Positions 30,123 through 38,010 of a stretch of DNA of 52,413 nucleotides are shown in pieces. This DNA is from an uncultured Eubacteriales bacterium. GTDB lineage: Bacteria; Bacillota; Clostridia; Oscillospirales; Acutalibacteraceae. Where the stretch lies: positions 1 to 52,413 of the forward strand of contig ONGS01000061.1 in assembly GCA_900317395.1 (NCBI GenBank), in the 5' to 3' direction. Positions within the stretch are counted from its first letter, which is position 1, and every line of letters starts with the position of its first letter. A program made the translations under genes and the position numbers. The notes under the pieces were generated by a model. It was not told the DNA's origin, did no database searches, and was given only the letters and a program-made list of their open reading frames with translations.

Positions 30123-30406
30123 ATCACCGCTTTACGGTCAGCAGAGATTATTTAAAGGGGGAGATACTTTCACGTCGTTGTCGAAAGCAGAGAATACATA
30201 AATTTTGAGGTGCAACACAGCCGGATTTTGAATATAATATAGGGAGCCTCTAAAAAATTTCTTCACGGCAGCTTTGCAATTGATTTTTCCGTAAACGTTG
30301 TTGTCAGGCCTTGTCTAGAAAAAATCAATGTATGCAAATCTGATCGTGTCCCGTATTTTTAGAGAACCCCTGGTAATAAAATTGTGCTGATTCCGAAAGC
30401 GGTGAT
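30123..30406. repeat. ~284-nt element bounded by 21/22-nt inverted repeats with two further nested inverted repeats (MITE or structured RNA)
   Basis: Outer arms: ATCACCGCTTTACGGTCAGCA (30123-30143) and TGCTGATTCCGAAAGCGGTGAT (30385-30406). Middle arms: CTCTAAAAA (30248-30256) and TTTTTAGAG (30356-30364), flanked by GGG/CCC. Inner arms: ATTGATTTTT (30279-30288) and AAAAATCAAT (30320-30329). Confidence 0.6.
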
Positions 30407-30496
30407 TAAATCGTCCAATGCAGGACAAAATAATTATATCAGCACATAACAGCAGTCAATCGCTGCATTAAACAAAAATTCGGAGCGTGAAAAGCT

Positions 30497-30874
30497 ATGC
30501 TAATCAGACGAGGAGATATTTATTATGCCGATCTCAGCCCGGTTGTTGGCTCGGAACAAGGGGGGATACGCCCTGTTCTGATCATACAGAACAATGTCGG
30601 CAACCGCTACAGCCCGACAGTGATTGCAGCCGCTATTACAAGCCGTGGCACAAAGGCGAAGCTGCCTACGCATATCAAATTATATGCAGATAATAGCGGA
30701 CTGTCAAAGGATTCCGTTGTTTTGCTTGAACAGATACGCACGATAGACAAGCGGCGACTGAAAGAAAAAATGGGCGCCCTCAGTCCTTATGATATGAATA
30801 AGGTTGACGAGGCATTGTCGATAAGCTTTGGACTTGGCGCAGAAGATGTTCATCGGCAACATAATATCTCATAG
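30497..30874 (+). CDS. mazF: MazF/EndoA (PemK-family) endoribonuclease toxin
   Basis: [32 protein letters not shown]...TVIAAAITS...[13 protein letters not shown] closely resembles the B. subtilis EndoA pattern. Confidence 0.9.
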   Translation: MLIRRGDIYYADLSPVVGSEQGGIRPVLIIQNNVGNRYSPTVIAAAITSRGTKAKLPTHIKLYADNSGLSKDSVVLLEQIRTIDKRRLKEKMGALSPYDMNKVDEALSISFGLGAEDVHRQHNIS

Positions 30875-30886
30875 AATAATTGAAGG

Positions 30887-30936
30887 CAGTGCCGCATAGA
30901 TATTATTATGATCTGTGCGGTACTGTTTTATTTTTT
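30887..30936 (+). terminator. Rho-independent terminator
   Basis: 14-bp stem CAGTGCCGCATAGA / TCTGTGCGGTACTG followed by TTTTATTTTTT. Confidence 0.85.
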
Positions 30937-31075
30937 GGCGTTCGGAAAAGACAAATTATTTATGGCAGTTATGTTATGATATTTTCGTAAGGAAAAATAC
31001 AAAGTTATATTGTTCAGGGGGCAAGGATGGCAAATGAATACGCCATTCATTATGCGTTATAAAAGGAGGGAGCGG

Positions 31076-31918
31076 TTGGAGCAGACGGTTTATGCGGATA
31101 TTCTTTTTTGTGTAAATTTCGTGATCGATTATATCATCCTGCTTACGGTCAGGCGGTTTCTTTCTCTTTCGTGCAGACAGCGGCGGCTGCTTCTGGGGGC
31201 AGCAGTCGGAGGAATAAGTTCTTTTGTGATTCTGCTTCCGCCGCTGCCATCAGGCGTGTCAATGGTATTAAGCGTGATCACAGCCTGTCTTGTGGTTGGG
31301 GCAACATTTGCGCCTATGGAGAAAAAAATATATATTAAAACCGCTGCCGCATTTTTTTTGATCAGTTTTGTCTACTGCGGTGCAATGATAGCAGTATGGT
31401 TGGTATTTTCACCGCAAAATATTTTTATCAGAAACAGTAGTGTCTACATCGCTATGTCACCGATCAGCCTTGTGATCACTACCGTAATATGCTATGTGAT
31501 TTTGCGTATTATCATGCGTATCACAGGAAGAAACGAAATCAAAGATACCTCCTGTTTGATTAAAGTGGAGTATGAGGGAAACACTATCAGCTTAAACGGA
31601 AAGATAGATACAGGAAATACACTCAAAGAGCCATTTTCAGGAGAACCGGCAATTGTTGCGGCAGCGGACAATTTTAAAAATATATTTTCGCTACCGTCTT
31701 TTGGTACAGATTATCCTGAAACCTTGCCGAAAGGGATACGGATGATTCCGTTTTCTTCTGTCGGCGGCGAGGGGCTTCTCCCATCATTCAAAAGCGATAA
31801 TATCATCATAAAGCATGAAGGGAGGGAATTCAGAGTAAGTGCCTATGTTGCCCTGTGCAGCGGCGACAAAATCATAGGAGGAGAAAATGCACTTGTGCCA
31901 TATGAACTGATACCATAA
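31076..31918 (+). CDS. spoIIGA: Sigma-E processing aspartic protease SpoIIGA
   Basis: Multi-TM N-terminal half, DTGN active-site motif (GKIDTGNTL), located directly upstream of sigE. Start placed at TTG 31076, 7 nt after AGGAGG; the track ORF begins at 31010. Confidence 0.85.
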   Translation: MEQTVYADILFCVNFVIDYIILLTVRRFLSLSCRQRRLLLGAAVGGISSFVILLPPLPSGVSMVLSVITACLVVGATFAPMEKKIYIKTAAAFFLISFVYCGAMIAVWLVFSPQNIFIRNSSVYIAMSPISLVITTVICYVILRIIMRITGRNEIKDTSCLIKVEYEGNTISLNGKIDTGNTLKEPFSGEPAIVAAADNFKNIFSLPSFGTDYPETLPKGIRMIPFSSVGGEGLLPSFKSDNIIIKHEGREFRVSAYVALCSGDKIIGGENALVPYELIP

Positions 31919-31980
31919 AAAAGAATAATGACCGGAGTTTTTTGTTAAGTTGAAGTTGTTGTGTGGAAAGGGGATAACAC

Positions 31981-32715
31981 ATGAAAAGGTTTGAATATGT
32001 TTCTGAAATGGTGACATCAAAAATTGCGGCGTTGAAAATGATGATCATGGGGAAGGAAGGCATTTATTACATAAACGGCCCCGAAACCTTGCCACCGCCT
32101 TTGAAATCAGATGAAGAAGCAGAAATTATGCAACGAATACAAAACGGTGACGAAAACGCAAGAGAGCCGCTGATTACGCATAACCTAAGACTTGTGGTAT
32201 ATATCGCTAAGAAATTTGAATCCTCCAATGTATGTGTGGAGGATTTGATCTCGATCGGAACGATAGGGTTGATCAAAGCGGTCAATACCTTTCGTCCCGA
32301 AAAAAATATCAAGCTTGCGACTTATGCTTCAAGGTGTATCGAAAATGAGATATTAATGTTTTTGAGAAAAAGCTCACAGCAGAAAAACGAAATTTCAATC
32401 GATGAGCCGCTGAATGTTGATTATGACGGAAATGAGCTTTTAATTGCCGATATACTCGGTAGTGATAGCGATACCGTCAATATCAGGATTGAAAAGGAAT
32501 CGGAGGAACGTCAGCTTTTACAGGCTGTCAGCAAACTGAACGAACGGGAATTATCCATCATGGAGCTGCGTTTCGGTCTGAACGGAAAGAAGGCACATAC
32601 CCAGAAGGAGGTAGCCGATCTTCTTGGAATATCACAGTCGTATATTTCAAGGCTTGAAAAGAAAATTATCCGCCGCCTACGCAAAGAAATTACCGAAGAA
32701 AGCAAAAGCGCTTAA
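31981..32715 (+). CDS. sigE: RNA polymerase sporulation sigma factor E (pro-sigma-E)
   Basis: Pro-sequence followed by [13 protein letters not shown] (SigE hallmark YYIGGSEALPPPL), then [13 protein letters not shown] and region 4 [21 protein letters not shown]. Confidence 0.9.
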   Translation: MKRFEYVSEMVTSKIAALKMMIMGKEGIYYINGPETLPPPLKSDEEAEIMQRIQNGDENAREPLITHNLRLVVYIAKKFESSNVCVEDLISIGTIGLIKAVNTFRPEKNIKLATYASRCIENEILMFLRKSSQQKNEISIDEPLNVDYDGNELLIADILGSDSDTVNIRIEKESEERQLLQAVSKLNERELSIMELRFGLNGKKAHTQKEVADLLGISQSYISRLEKKIIRRLRKEITEESKSA

Positions 32716-32766
32716 ATAAATTGAAAATTTGAACACGAACTGCCTTGTGCAGTCACGCAACGCCTG

Positions 32767-34104
32767 CTATATGGTGTTCATCCATTTTTTGTGTTTGAAC
32801 ACAAAGAAGGATATCAGCAGTCGGACACATTCTTCAAGTGATAAAATAAAGTAGACATAAACGATTGGCAGACTGAGTGCATAGGCACTGAGCAGTGCGA
32901 GCGGTACACCGAACCCCCATGTTCCTATTATGTCTATTATCATGATGATTGCGGTTTTTCCTCCGCTTCTGAGGACACCGCCGCCTATGATCATATTCAG
33001 TACCTTGACGGGGGATATGAGAGCAAATGCGAGCAATATTTGCTGTGCTGTTATTTTTACTTCGTCCTCTACATGATAAATATCGGTATAGAAACCTCTT
33101 AACAGGATAAGACCGACGGATAAAATGACAGAACCTATGAATCCATACAGTACCAGTTTTTTGGATTTCTGATATGCTGCATTATAATCCTTTTTTCCAA
33201 GTTCTTTTCCAATCAGAATTCCTGCTGCTTGAGCAATACCGCTCAATGCACCGATCATTAAACCTTGTATTGGATATGTCAGAGTCATTGCTGCACAGTC
33301 TGATGTTCCGAGATGACCGTAAACGGAAGCATAGATATTTTCGCCCACGCTCCATAAAAATTCTGTGATGAAGATAGGGAAGAGAATCAGAAGATATTGT
33401 TTGTAGGTCATTTTGGTTAAATGTACCGAAAAGAAAAAGTGTTTCTGATTCTTTTTCAGAACAACAATAAATGCAGCGAGCAGCAGGATAAAATTAACGC
33501 ATTGTGCAATTACCGTTGCAATCGCTGCACCATTAACTCCCATAGCAGTAAAACCAAGCTTTCCGAAAATCAGAAGGTAGTTAAAACCTGTATTGAATAT
33601 TGCGGCAATAATGCTGATATACAGCGGCAGAGAGGCTTTTTCCATACACCGCAGCATGGTAGACAAAAGTGTACTTCCGGCAAGAGGAATAAAGGTGACA
33701 GAGATAATTCTCAGATAATCTGCCGCTATCGCAACGGTGTTTTGGTCGTCGGTGTATATTCCCATGATTTGCTGCGGAATCAATACGCATATTGCTGTAA
33801 ACAGTAGGGCGGTCAGTGCTGCGGCCGCACCATTTACGGAAAAACTGCGGTTTACCTCGTCCTCGTCCTTACTTCCGAAATACTGTGAAATCATGATGCC
33901 TGCCACTGCTCCGACAGCGGCAATGATAACAGAATAAATTGACGAGAATTTTCCGGCAAGACCTACAGCGGCGATATTCAGACTTCCCGTACTGCCAATC
34001 ATGATCTGGTCGATAATGCTGAACGAGGACTGTAACATACTTTGAAGTGCCACAGGGATAGAGATTTTGATAACGGAATTTAAAAATGAGGATTTTTCTT
34101 TCAT
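32767..34104 (-). CDS. MATE-family efflux transporter
   Basis: 445 aa, about 12 TM, with the typical MATE N-terminus (IPVALQSMLQSSFSIIDQIMIG). Confidence 0.85.
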   Translation of the reverse strand: MKEKSSFLNSVIKISIPVALQSMLQSSFSIIDQIMIGSTGSLNIAAVGLAGKFSSIYSVIIAAVGAVAGIMISQYFGSKDEDEVNRSFSVNGAAAALTALLFTAICVLIPQQIMGIYTDDQNTVAIAADYLRIISVTFIPLAGSTLLSTMLRCMEKASLPLYISIIAAIFNTGFNYLLIFGKLGFTAMGVNGAAIATVIAQCVNFILLLAAFIVVLKKNQKHFFFSVHLTKMTYKQYLLILFPIFITEFLWSVGENIYASVYGHLGTSDCAAMTLTYPIQGLMIGALSGIAQAAGILIGKELGKKDYNAAYQKSKKLVLYGFIGSVILSVGLILLRGFYTDIYHVEDEVKITAQQILLAFALISPVKVLNMIIGGGVLRSGGKTAIIMIIDIIGTWGFGVPLALLSAYALSLPIVYVYFILSLEECVRLLISFFVFKHKKWMNTI

Positions 34105-34194
34105 AGCGACTCACTCCTTACGGATCGTTTCTACTTAGATTATAAAGGAGAAAGTCGGAATTTACAAAGGTTAAACGCATAACCTGTGCCAAAA

Positions 34195-35226
34195 TTAGTG
34201 TAACTGTTTTGTGTATTTTGCCGTGCTGTTTCTGGTAATCAGCTCAACAGGAAGTCTGATGATACTTCCTTCCTTTTCGTGCTTTTGAAGTTCTTTCAGA
34301 ACAGATACGGCTGTTTTTGCCCTTGATTTGCAGTTCTGGTGTACCGATGTAAGACTTGGTACGATTTGTCTGCAAATCGGTGTATCGTCAAAGCCGGATA
34401 TAGATATATCACCAGGAATTTTAATGCCGTTTTCCATCAGAAACTGCATCAGCTCGACTGCATAAAAGTCCGATACGGCGAATACTGCCGAATACATTTT
34501 AATTTCATTCATCTTTTCTTCATAGAATTGTATTCGCTCTTCGCTGTTGAGTGGGATTTGCAAGTAATCTGCAGAAAGTGCGTGTTCTTTTGCGGCCTTT
34601 TTAAAACCGTTCCAGCGTTCCAGATCCATGCAGGTAAAGTTATCGGAAATGCAGAGAAGTTTTTTATGTCCGAGTTCTGCAAAATGCTTTCCGACCTGAT
34701 ATCCTCCGTCAAAATTGTCAATTGTAATATTGCTTATTCTGTTAGGCTTATCAAAAAAACCGTCATAAACCACAAACGGAATTCGTATGGAAGATCGCAG
34801 TTTGTCATAATCCTGATCACAGCAAAAACCAATCAGTACCATTCCCGATACATTCCACATGGAAGCAAATCGGATGATATCGGATGTTTCCGTAGTTATT
34901 TTTATCATCAAAAAATATCCGTTCTTGTCTGTTTCATATGACAGATAATTGACCGCCGAGGAGATAAAGGGATCTTCCAGAACACGACCTTCATATTTTT
35001 CGTGATCATTGATGATAACGCCTATGATTCTTGAATTGTTCTGTGCAAGCAGAATACCTGCCATGCTTGGGATATACTTTCTTTCCTCCAAAAGCAGTTG
35101 TACTCTTTTGACAGTTTCATCGGATATTTTCTTTGTTTTTCCGTGAATCACATTTGATACGGTTGCTGTGCTGACGCCCAGCTCTTCTGCAATATCTGCA
35201 ATTCTTACTCTTTCATTTTCAGCCAT
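34195..35226 (-). CDS. LacI-family transcriptional regulator
   Basis: HTH IADIAEELGVSTATVSNVIHG plus a periplasmic-binding-fold C-terminus. Start at ATG 35226 with an AGAGGT RBS. Confidence 0.88.
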   Translation of the reverse strand: MAENERVRIADIAEELGVSTATVSNVIHGKTKKISDETVKRVQLLLEERKYIPSMAGILLAQNNSRIIGVIINDHEKYEGRVLEDPFISSAVNYLSYETDKNGYFLMIKITTETSDIIRFASMWNVSGMVLIGFCCDQDYDKLRSSIRIPFVVYDGFFDKPNRISNITIDNFDGGYQVGKHFAELGHKKLLCISDNFTCMDLERWNGFKKAAKEHALSADYLQIPLNSEERIQFYEEKMNEIKMYSAVFAVSDFYAVELMQFLMENGIKIPGDISISGFDDTPICRQIVPSLTSVHQNCKSRAKTAVSVLKELQKHEKEGSIIRLPVELITRNSTAKYTKQLH

Positions 35227-35336
35227 ACGGATTACCTCTTGATAACGTTTTATTTGATTATACATTAAGCAAATAAAATATTCAATGTGCGGACTGCGCT
35301 CAAACTTTTACAATACATAAATTTATTGTCACACAT

Positions 35337-35399
35337 AAAGTTCCGGATTTATTTAAAACACAGAAAAGTTCCGGAAAAGTTCCGGATTTATTTAAAACA
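35337..35399 (+). repeat. Tandem direct repeats AAAGTTCCGGATTTATTTAAAACA (two full copies plus one partial) abutting the tRNA-Leu promoter
   Basis: Copies at 35337-35360 and 35376-35399, partial copy at 35364-35374. The same motif occurs inverted at ~24832-24850, and in degenerate form at 5481-5500. Confidence 0.75.
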
Positions 35400-35401
35400 T
35401 C

Positions 35402-35430
35402 TTGACAAAGCAGAGCATTTTGTGTATAAT
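35402..35430 (+). promoter_or_regulatory. tRNA-Leu promoter
   Basis: TTGACA, 17-nt spacer, TATAAT with an upstream TGTG. Confidence 0.7.
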
Positions 35431-35491
35431 ATATATGTTTCGTGTATGAGTTGGAGGAATAATTTTCTATTTTCAACTTTCAATTTAATAA

Positions 35492-35573
35492 GCGGGCGTG
35501 GTGAAATTGGCAGACACGCAAGATTTAGGTTCTTGTGCCGTAAGGTGTGCAGGTTCAAGTCCTGTCGCCCGCA
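35492..35573 (+). tRNA. tRNA-Leu (anticodon TAG)
   Basis: Hand-folded cloverleaf: acceptor GCGGGCG/CGCCCGC, anticodon stem CAAGA/TCTTG with loop TTTAGGT, long variable arm, T-loop GGTTCAAGTCC. CCA is not encoded. Confidence 0.9.
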
Positions 35574-35584
35574 TTAAACTCAAA

Positions 35585-35608
35585 AAGTCCGATTTTTCGG
35601 GCTTTTTT
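35585..35608 (+). terminator. Rho-independent terminator after tRNA-Leu
   Basis: AAGTCCGA-TTTT-TCGGGCTT (one G-U pair) followed by a T-run. Confidence 0.6.
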
Positions 35609-35741
35609 GCGTTTTTACTCCACATTGCTGAATTTGCGTATTTGTAGTAAAAAATAACTTCCGACGAACGGCTTGTGCACACTTCGTATGCTATAATAGT
35701 ACTAATATTATTTCAAAAATCGGGCATAAGGATGGATAATT

Positions 35742-37133
35742 ATGAGCGAGTTAATACAGCGGATCGGGATACCGTTATTTATCCAGATCATCATAGAAAG
35801 TTGGAATGGTGTGTTTTTGCTGATTATGATCTTTTCGATGATCCTCGGCAAGCGATTGAACAGATCTAACAGATTTATGAATAAGGTAAAGATACCGCTC
35901 ACGAATGAGATCATCATATTTTATATAGCTATATTTCTATATAATATTTTTGATATATTCATTTGTTTGGCAAACGGTAATACAAGTACATATAGCTTTT
36001 ATATGGAGCGTGTTGCAACAATCGGCTATTTCGCTGTCGGTGCTTTTCAGACACTTTTTTTCCTTCAGCTTATTAAAAAGCAGATTGCAGAAAAGAACGG
36101 TCTTGATAAACTCAAAAAGATAACATTTGCATTTCAGCTTTTACACATACCATGTCTTGTTTTACTTGCAGTAACACCGTTTACGAATGCACTTTACTAT
36201 TTTGATGAGCATAATGTATATCACCGTGGGCAATTCTATGATGTATGGAATTATACCACGATCATTTCATTTATTTTTATTATAGTAGTATACATTGTCC
36301 GCCGAAAAAAAATAGATTGTTTTCTCAGTCAAGTTATCATTATTGCTTCTGTGATCCCGTTGATTGCCTTTATCCTTAATTCTATTTACTCGAGTGTCAG
36401 CTTCAACAATATTTCTGTTTCAATTACTGCACTGTTTATCTTTTTACTGTTTGAAAAGCATAAAACCGCCGTTTCAGTACAGAATGCCCTTGAGCTTGAA
36501 AAGGTGCAGACACAGCTTGCGAAAAGTCGGCTTGCTCTTGAGCATAGCAAGAATCAAACCTTGATGGCACAGATACAGCCGCATTTTATCAATAATTCTC
36601 TGATGGCTTTGCATTGTCAATGCTATGATTATCCTGAAATATACGAAAGTATTACAAATTTTTCACGCTATCTGCGCTCTCATTTTGAGGCTCTCGGCGA
36701 TATAAGACTAATTACTTTTGAGCAGGAAATGGAAAATATCGAAGCATATCTTGCATTGGAGAAACGTAATTTTGAAGGTCGGCTGACGGTAGAATATGAT
36801 ATTAACTGCGATGATTTTATGATCCCTGCATTGTCTGTTCAGCCGCTTGTGGAAAACGCCGTTCGTCACGGTGTTGCGACCTATAAAGAAGGCGGTACTG
36901 TACAGATCAACGCTCACAGAGCAGACGGCAAAATTATTATCGAGATCATTGATAACGGTTTGGGTAAAAGCAACATTACCGATCATCAGAAAACCCGGAA
37001 GGGAATCGGTATTGAAAATGTTCGTGCAAGGCTGAAGTCAATGAGCCGTGGCAAACTGGATATTATTAGTAGAGAACACGGTACAACGGCAAGAATTACG
37101 ATAGATGATATAGGAGATAAAAGAGGAATATAA
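35742..37133 (+). CDS. LytS/YehU-type sensor histidine kinase (multi-TM sensor, His_kinase plus GHKL), no adjacent response regulator
   Basis: About 6 N-terminal TM helices, QIQPHFINNSL (PF06580-type H region), LVENAVRHG, DNGLG. Confidence 0.85.
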   Translation: MSELIQRIGIPLFIQIIIESWNGVFLLIMIFSMILGKRLNRSNRFMNKVKIPLTNEIIIFYIAIFLYNIFDIFICLANGNTSTYSFYMERVATIGYFAVGAFQTLFFLQLIKKQIAEKNGLDKLKKITFAFQLLHIPCLVLLAVTPFTNALYYFDEHNVYHRGQFYDVWNYTTIISFIFIIVVYIVRRKKIDCFLSQVIIIASVIPLIAFILNSIYSSVSFNNISVSITALFIFLLFEKHKTAVSVQNALELEKVQTQLAKSRLALEHSKNQTLMAQIQPHFINNSLMALHCQCYDYPEIYESITNFSRYLRSHFEALGDIRLITFEQEMENIEAYLALEKRNFEGRLTVEYDINCDDFMIPALSVQPLVENAVRHGVATYKEGGTVQINAHRADGKIIIEIIDNGLGKSNITDHQKTRKGIGIENVRARLKSMSRGKLDIISREHGTTARITIDDIGDKRGI

Positions 37134-37230
37134 CTAATAATGTTGATTATGTACAATAAAATAAGAAAAATATCATAGATATTCTATACCGAAATCTTGT
37201 AAAAACCGTTTGTAAAATGCAGCAGCGTAA

Positions 37231-37259
37231 TTGACAAATCAGCGAAAATGTGTTAAAGT
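37231..37259 (+). promoter_or_regulatory. Promoter of the TetR gene
   Basis: TTGACA, 17-nt spacer, TAAAGT. The upstream 26 nt are near-identical to 24874..24899. Confidence 0.5.
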
Positions 37260-37262
37260 AAT

Positions 37263-37282
37263 CAGTGTTAGCTAACGCTGAT
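37263..37282. promoter_or_regulatory. Candidate TetR operator (20-bp near-perfect palindrome)
   Basis: TCAGTGTTAGCTAACGCTGA with a perfect GTTAGCTAAC core, located between the -10 and the RBS of the TetR gene. Confidence 0.55.
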
Positions 37283-37307
37283 CACTGATAAAGGAGATGA
37301 ACGATAT

Positions 37308-37919
37308 ATGCCAAAGGATAAATCTGCAAGCCATGAAAAAATTATTTTAGCTGCAATGGAAGAATTTACCGAAAAGGGTTTTCGTGATGCGTCCATTCGT
37401 GCTATCGCTAAAAAGGCAGGCATTACCTCGGGCGGTTTGTATCGTCATTTCAAGGACAAAGAGGATATGTTCAATTCTTTGGTCGAACCTGCTGAGAAAA
37501 AGCTCGAACAGTGGATGAATAGCCATGTTGAGCAGGGGTATGCTGCACTGTATTCCGGTGATTTGACCGGAATGTGGGATAGTAACGAGACAGAAATGGT
37601 GACAGAAGTAATGTATCCTTACCGAAAAGAGTTCAAGTTGATCTTCTGCTGTTCTCAGGGAACAAAATATGAAAATTTCCTTGAAAAAATCATAATATAT
37701 TCCCAGGAAAGTATGAAAGAAGCATTTGAGGGGTTCAAAAAGCAGGGATTTACCGTTGTCGAACTCAGCGATAACGAGCTCCACATGATGATGAGTGCCT
37801 ATATCAACGCTTTGATCCAGCCAATCATGCACGACTATTCCGAAGAGGACACAAAACATTATATAAAAACGATTGAAACCTTTTTTATGCCTGGTTGGCA
37901 TAAAGTGGTCGGTTGCTAA
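37308..37919 (+). CDS. TetR/AcrR-family transcriptional regulator
   Basis: N-terminal HTH EFTEKGFRDASIRAIAKKAGITSGGLYRHF. Confidence 0.9.
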   Translation: MPKDKSASHEKIILAAMEEFTEKGFRDASIRAIAKKAGITSGGLYRHFKDKEDMFNSLVEPAEKKLEQWMNSHVEQGYAALYSGDLTGMWDSNETEMVTEVMYPYRKEFKLIFCCSQGTKYENFLEKIIIYSQESMKEAFEGFKKQGFTVVELSDNELHMMMSAYINALIQPIMHDYSEEDTKHYIKTIETFFMPGWHKVVGC

Positions 37920-37943
37920 GAGCCTTAGGGCTCTTATTTTTTT
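37918..37943 (+). terminator. Rho-independent terminator overlapping the TetR stop
   Basis: AAGAGCC-TTAG-GGCTCTT followed by ATTTTTTT. Confidence 0.7.
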
Positions 37944-38010
37944 GTTAGTGATCAAAAAGTGGTTAAGGATAGCTAACCAAAAAAATAATTGATTACAAAG
38001 GAGTGTTATT

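Noticed and set aside
30123-30406. Possibility that the nested-inverted-repeat element is SRP RNA, 6S RNA, RNase P RNA or a T-box leader.
   Set aside because: I could not find the conserved cores: the SRP domain IV GGAAGCAGC-type motif, the RNase P GAGGAAAGTCCGGGC, or the T-box GGGTGGTACCGCG. The element is also too long for 6S. I cannot exclude other Rfam families without a covariance-model search.
35287-35682. Track ORFs 35287..35577 (+, 96 aa) and 35485..35682 (-, 65 aa).
   Set aside because: They span the tandem repeats, the promoter and the tRNA-Leu gene itself. The region is explained by the tRNA and its control elements.
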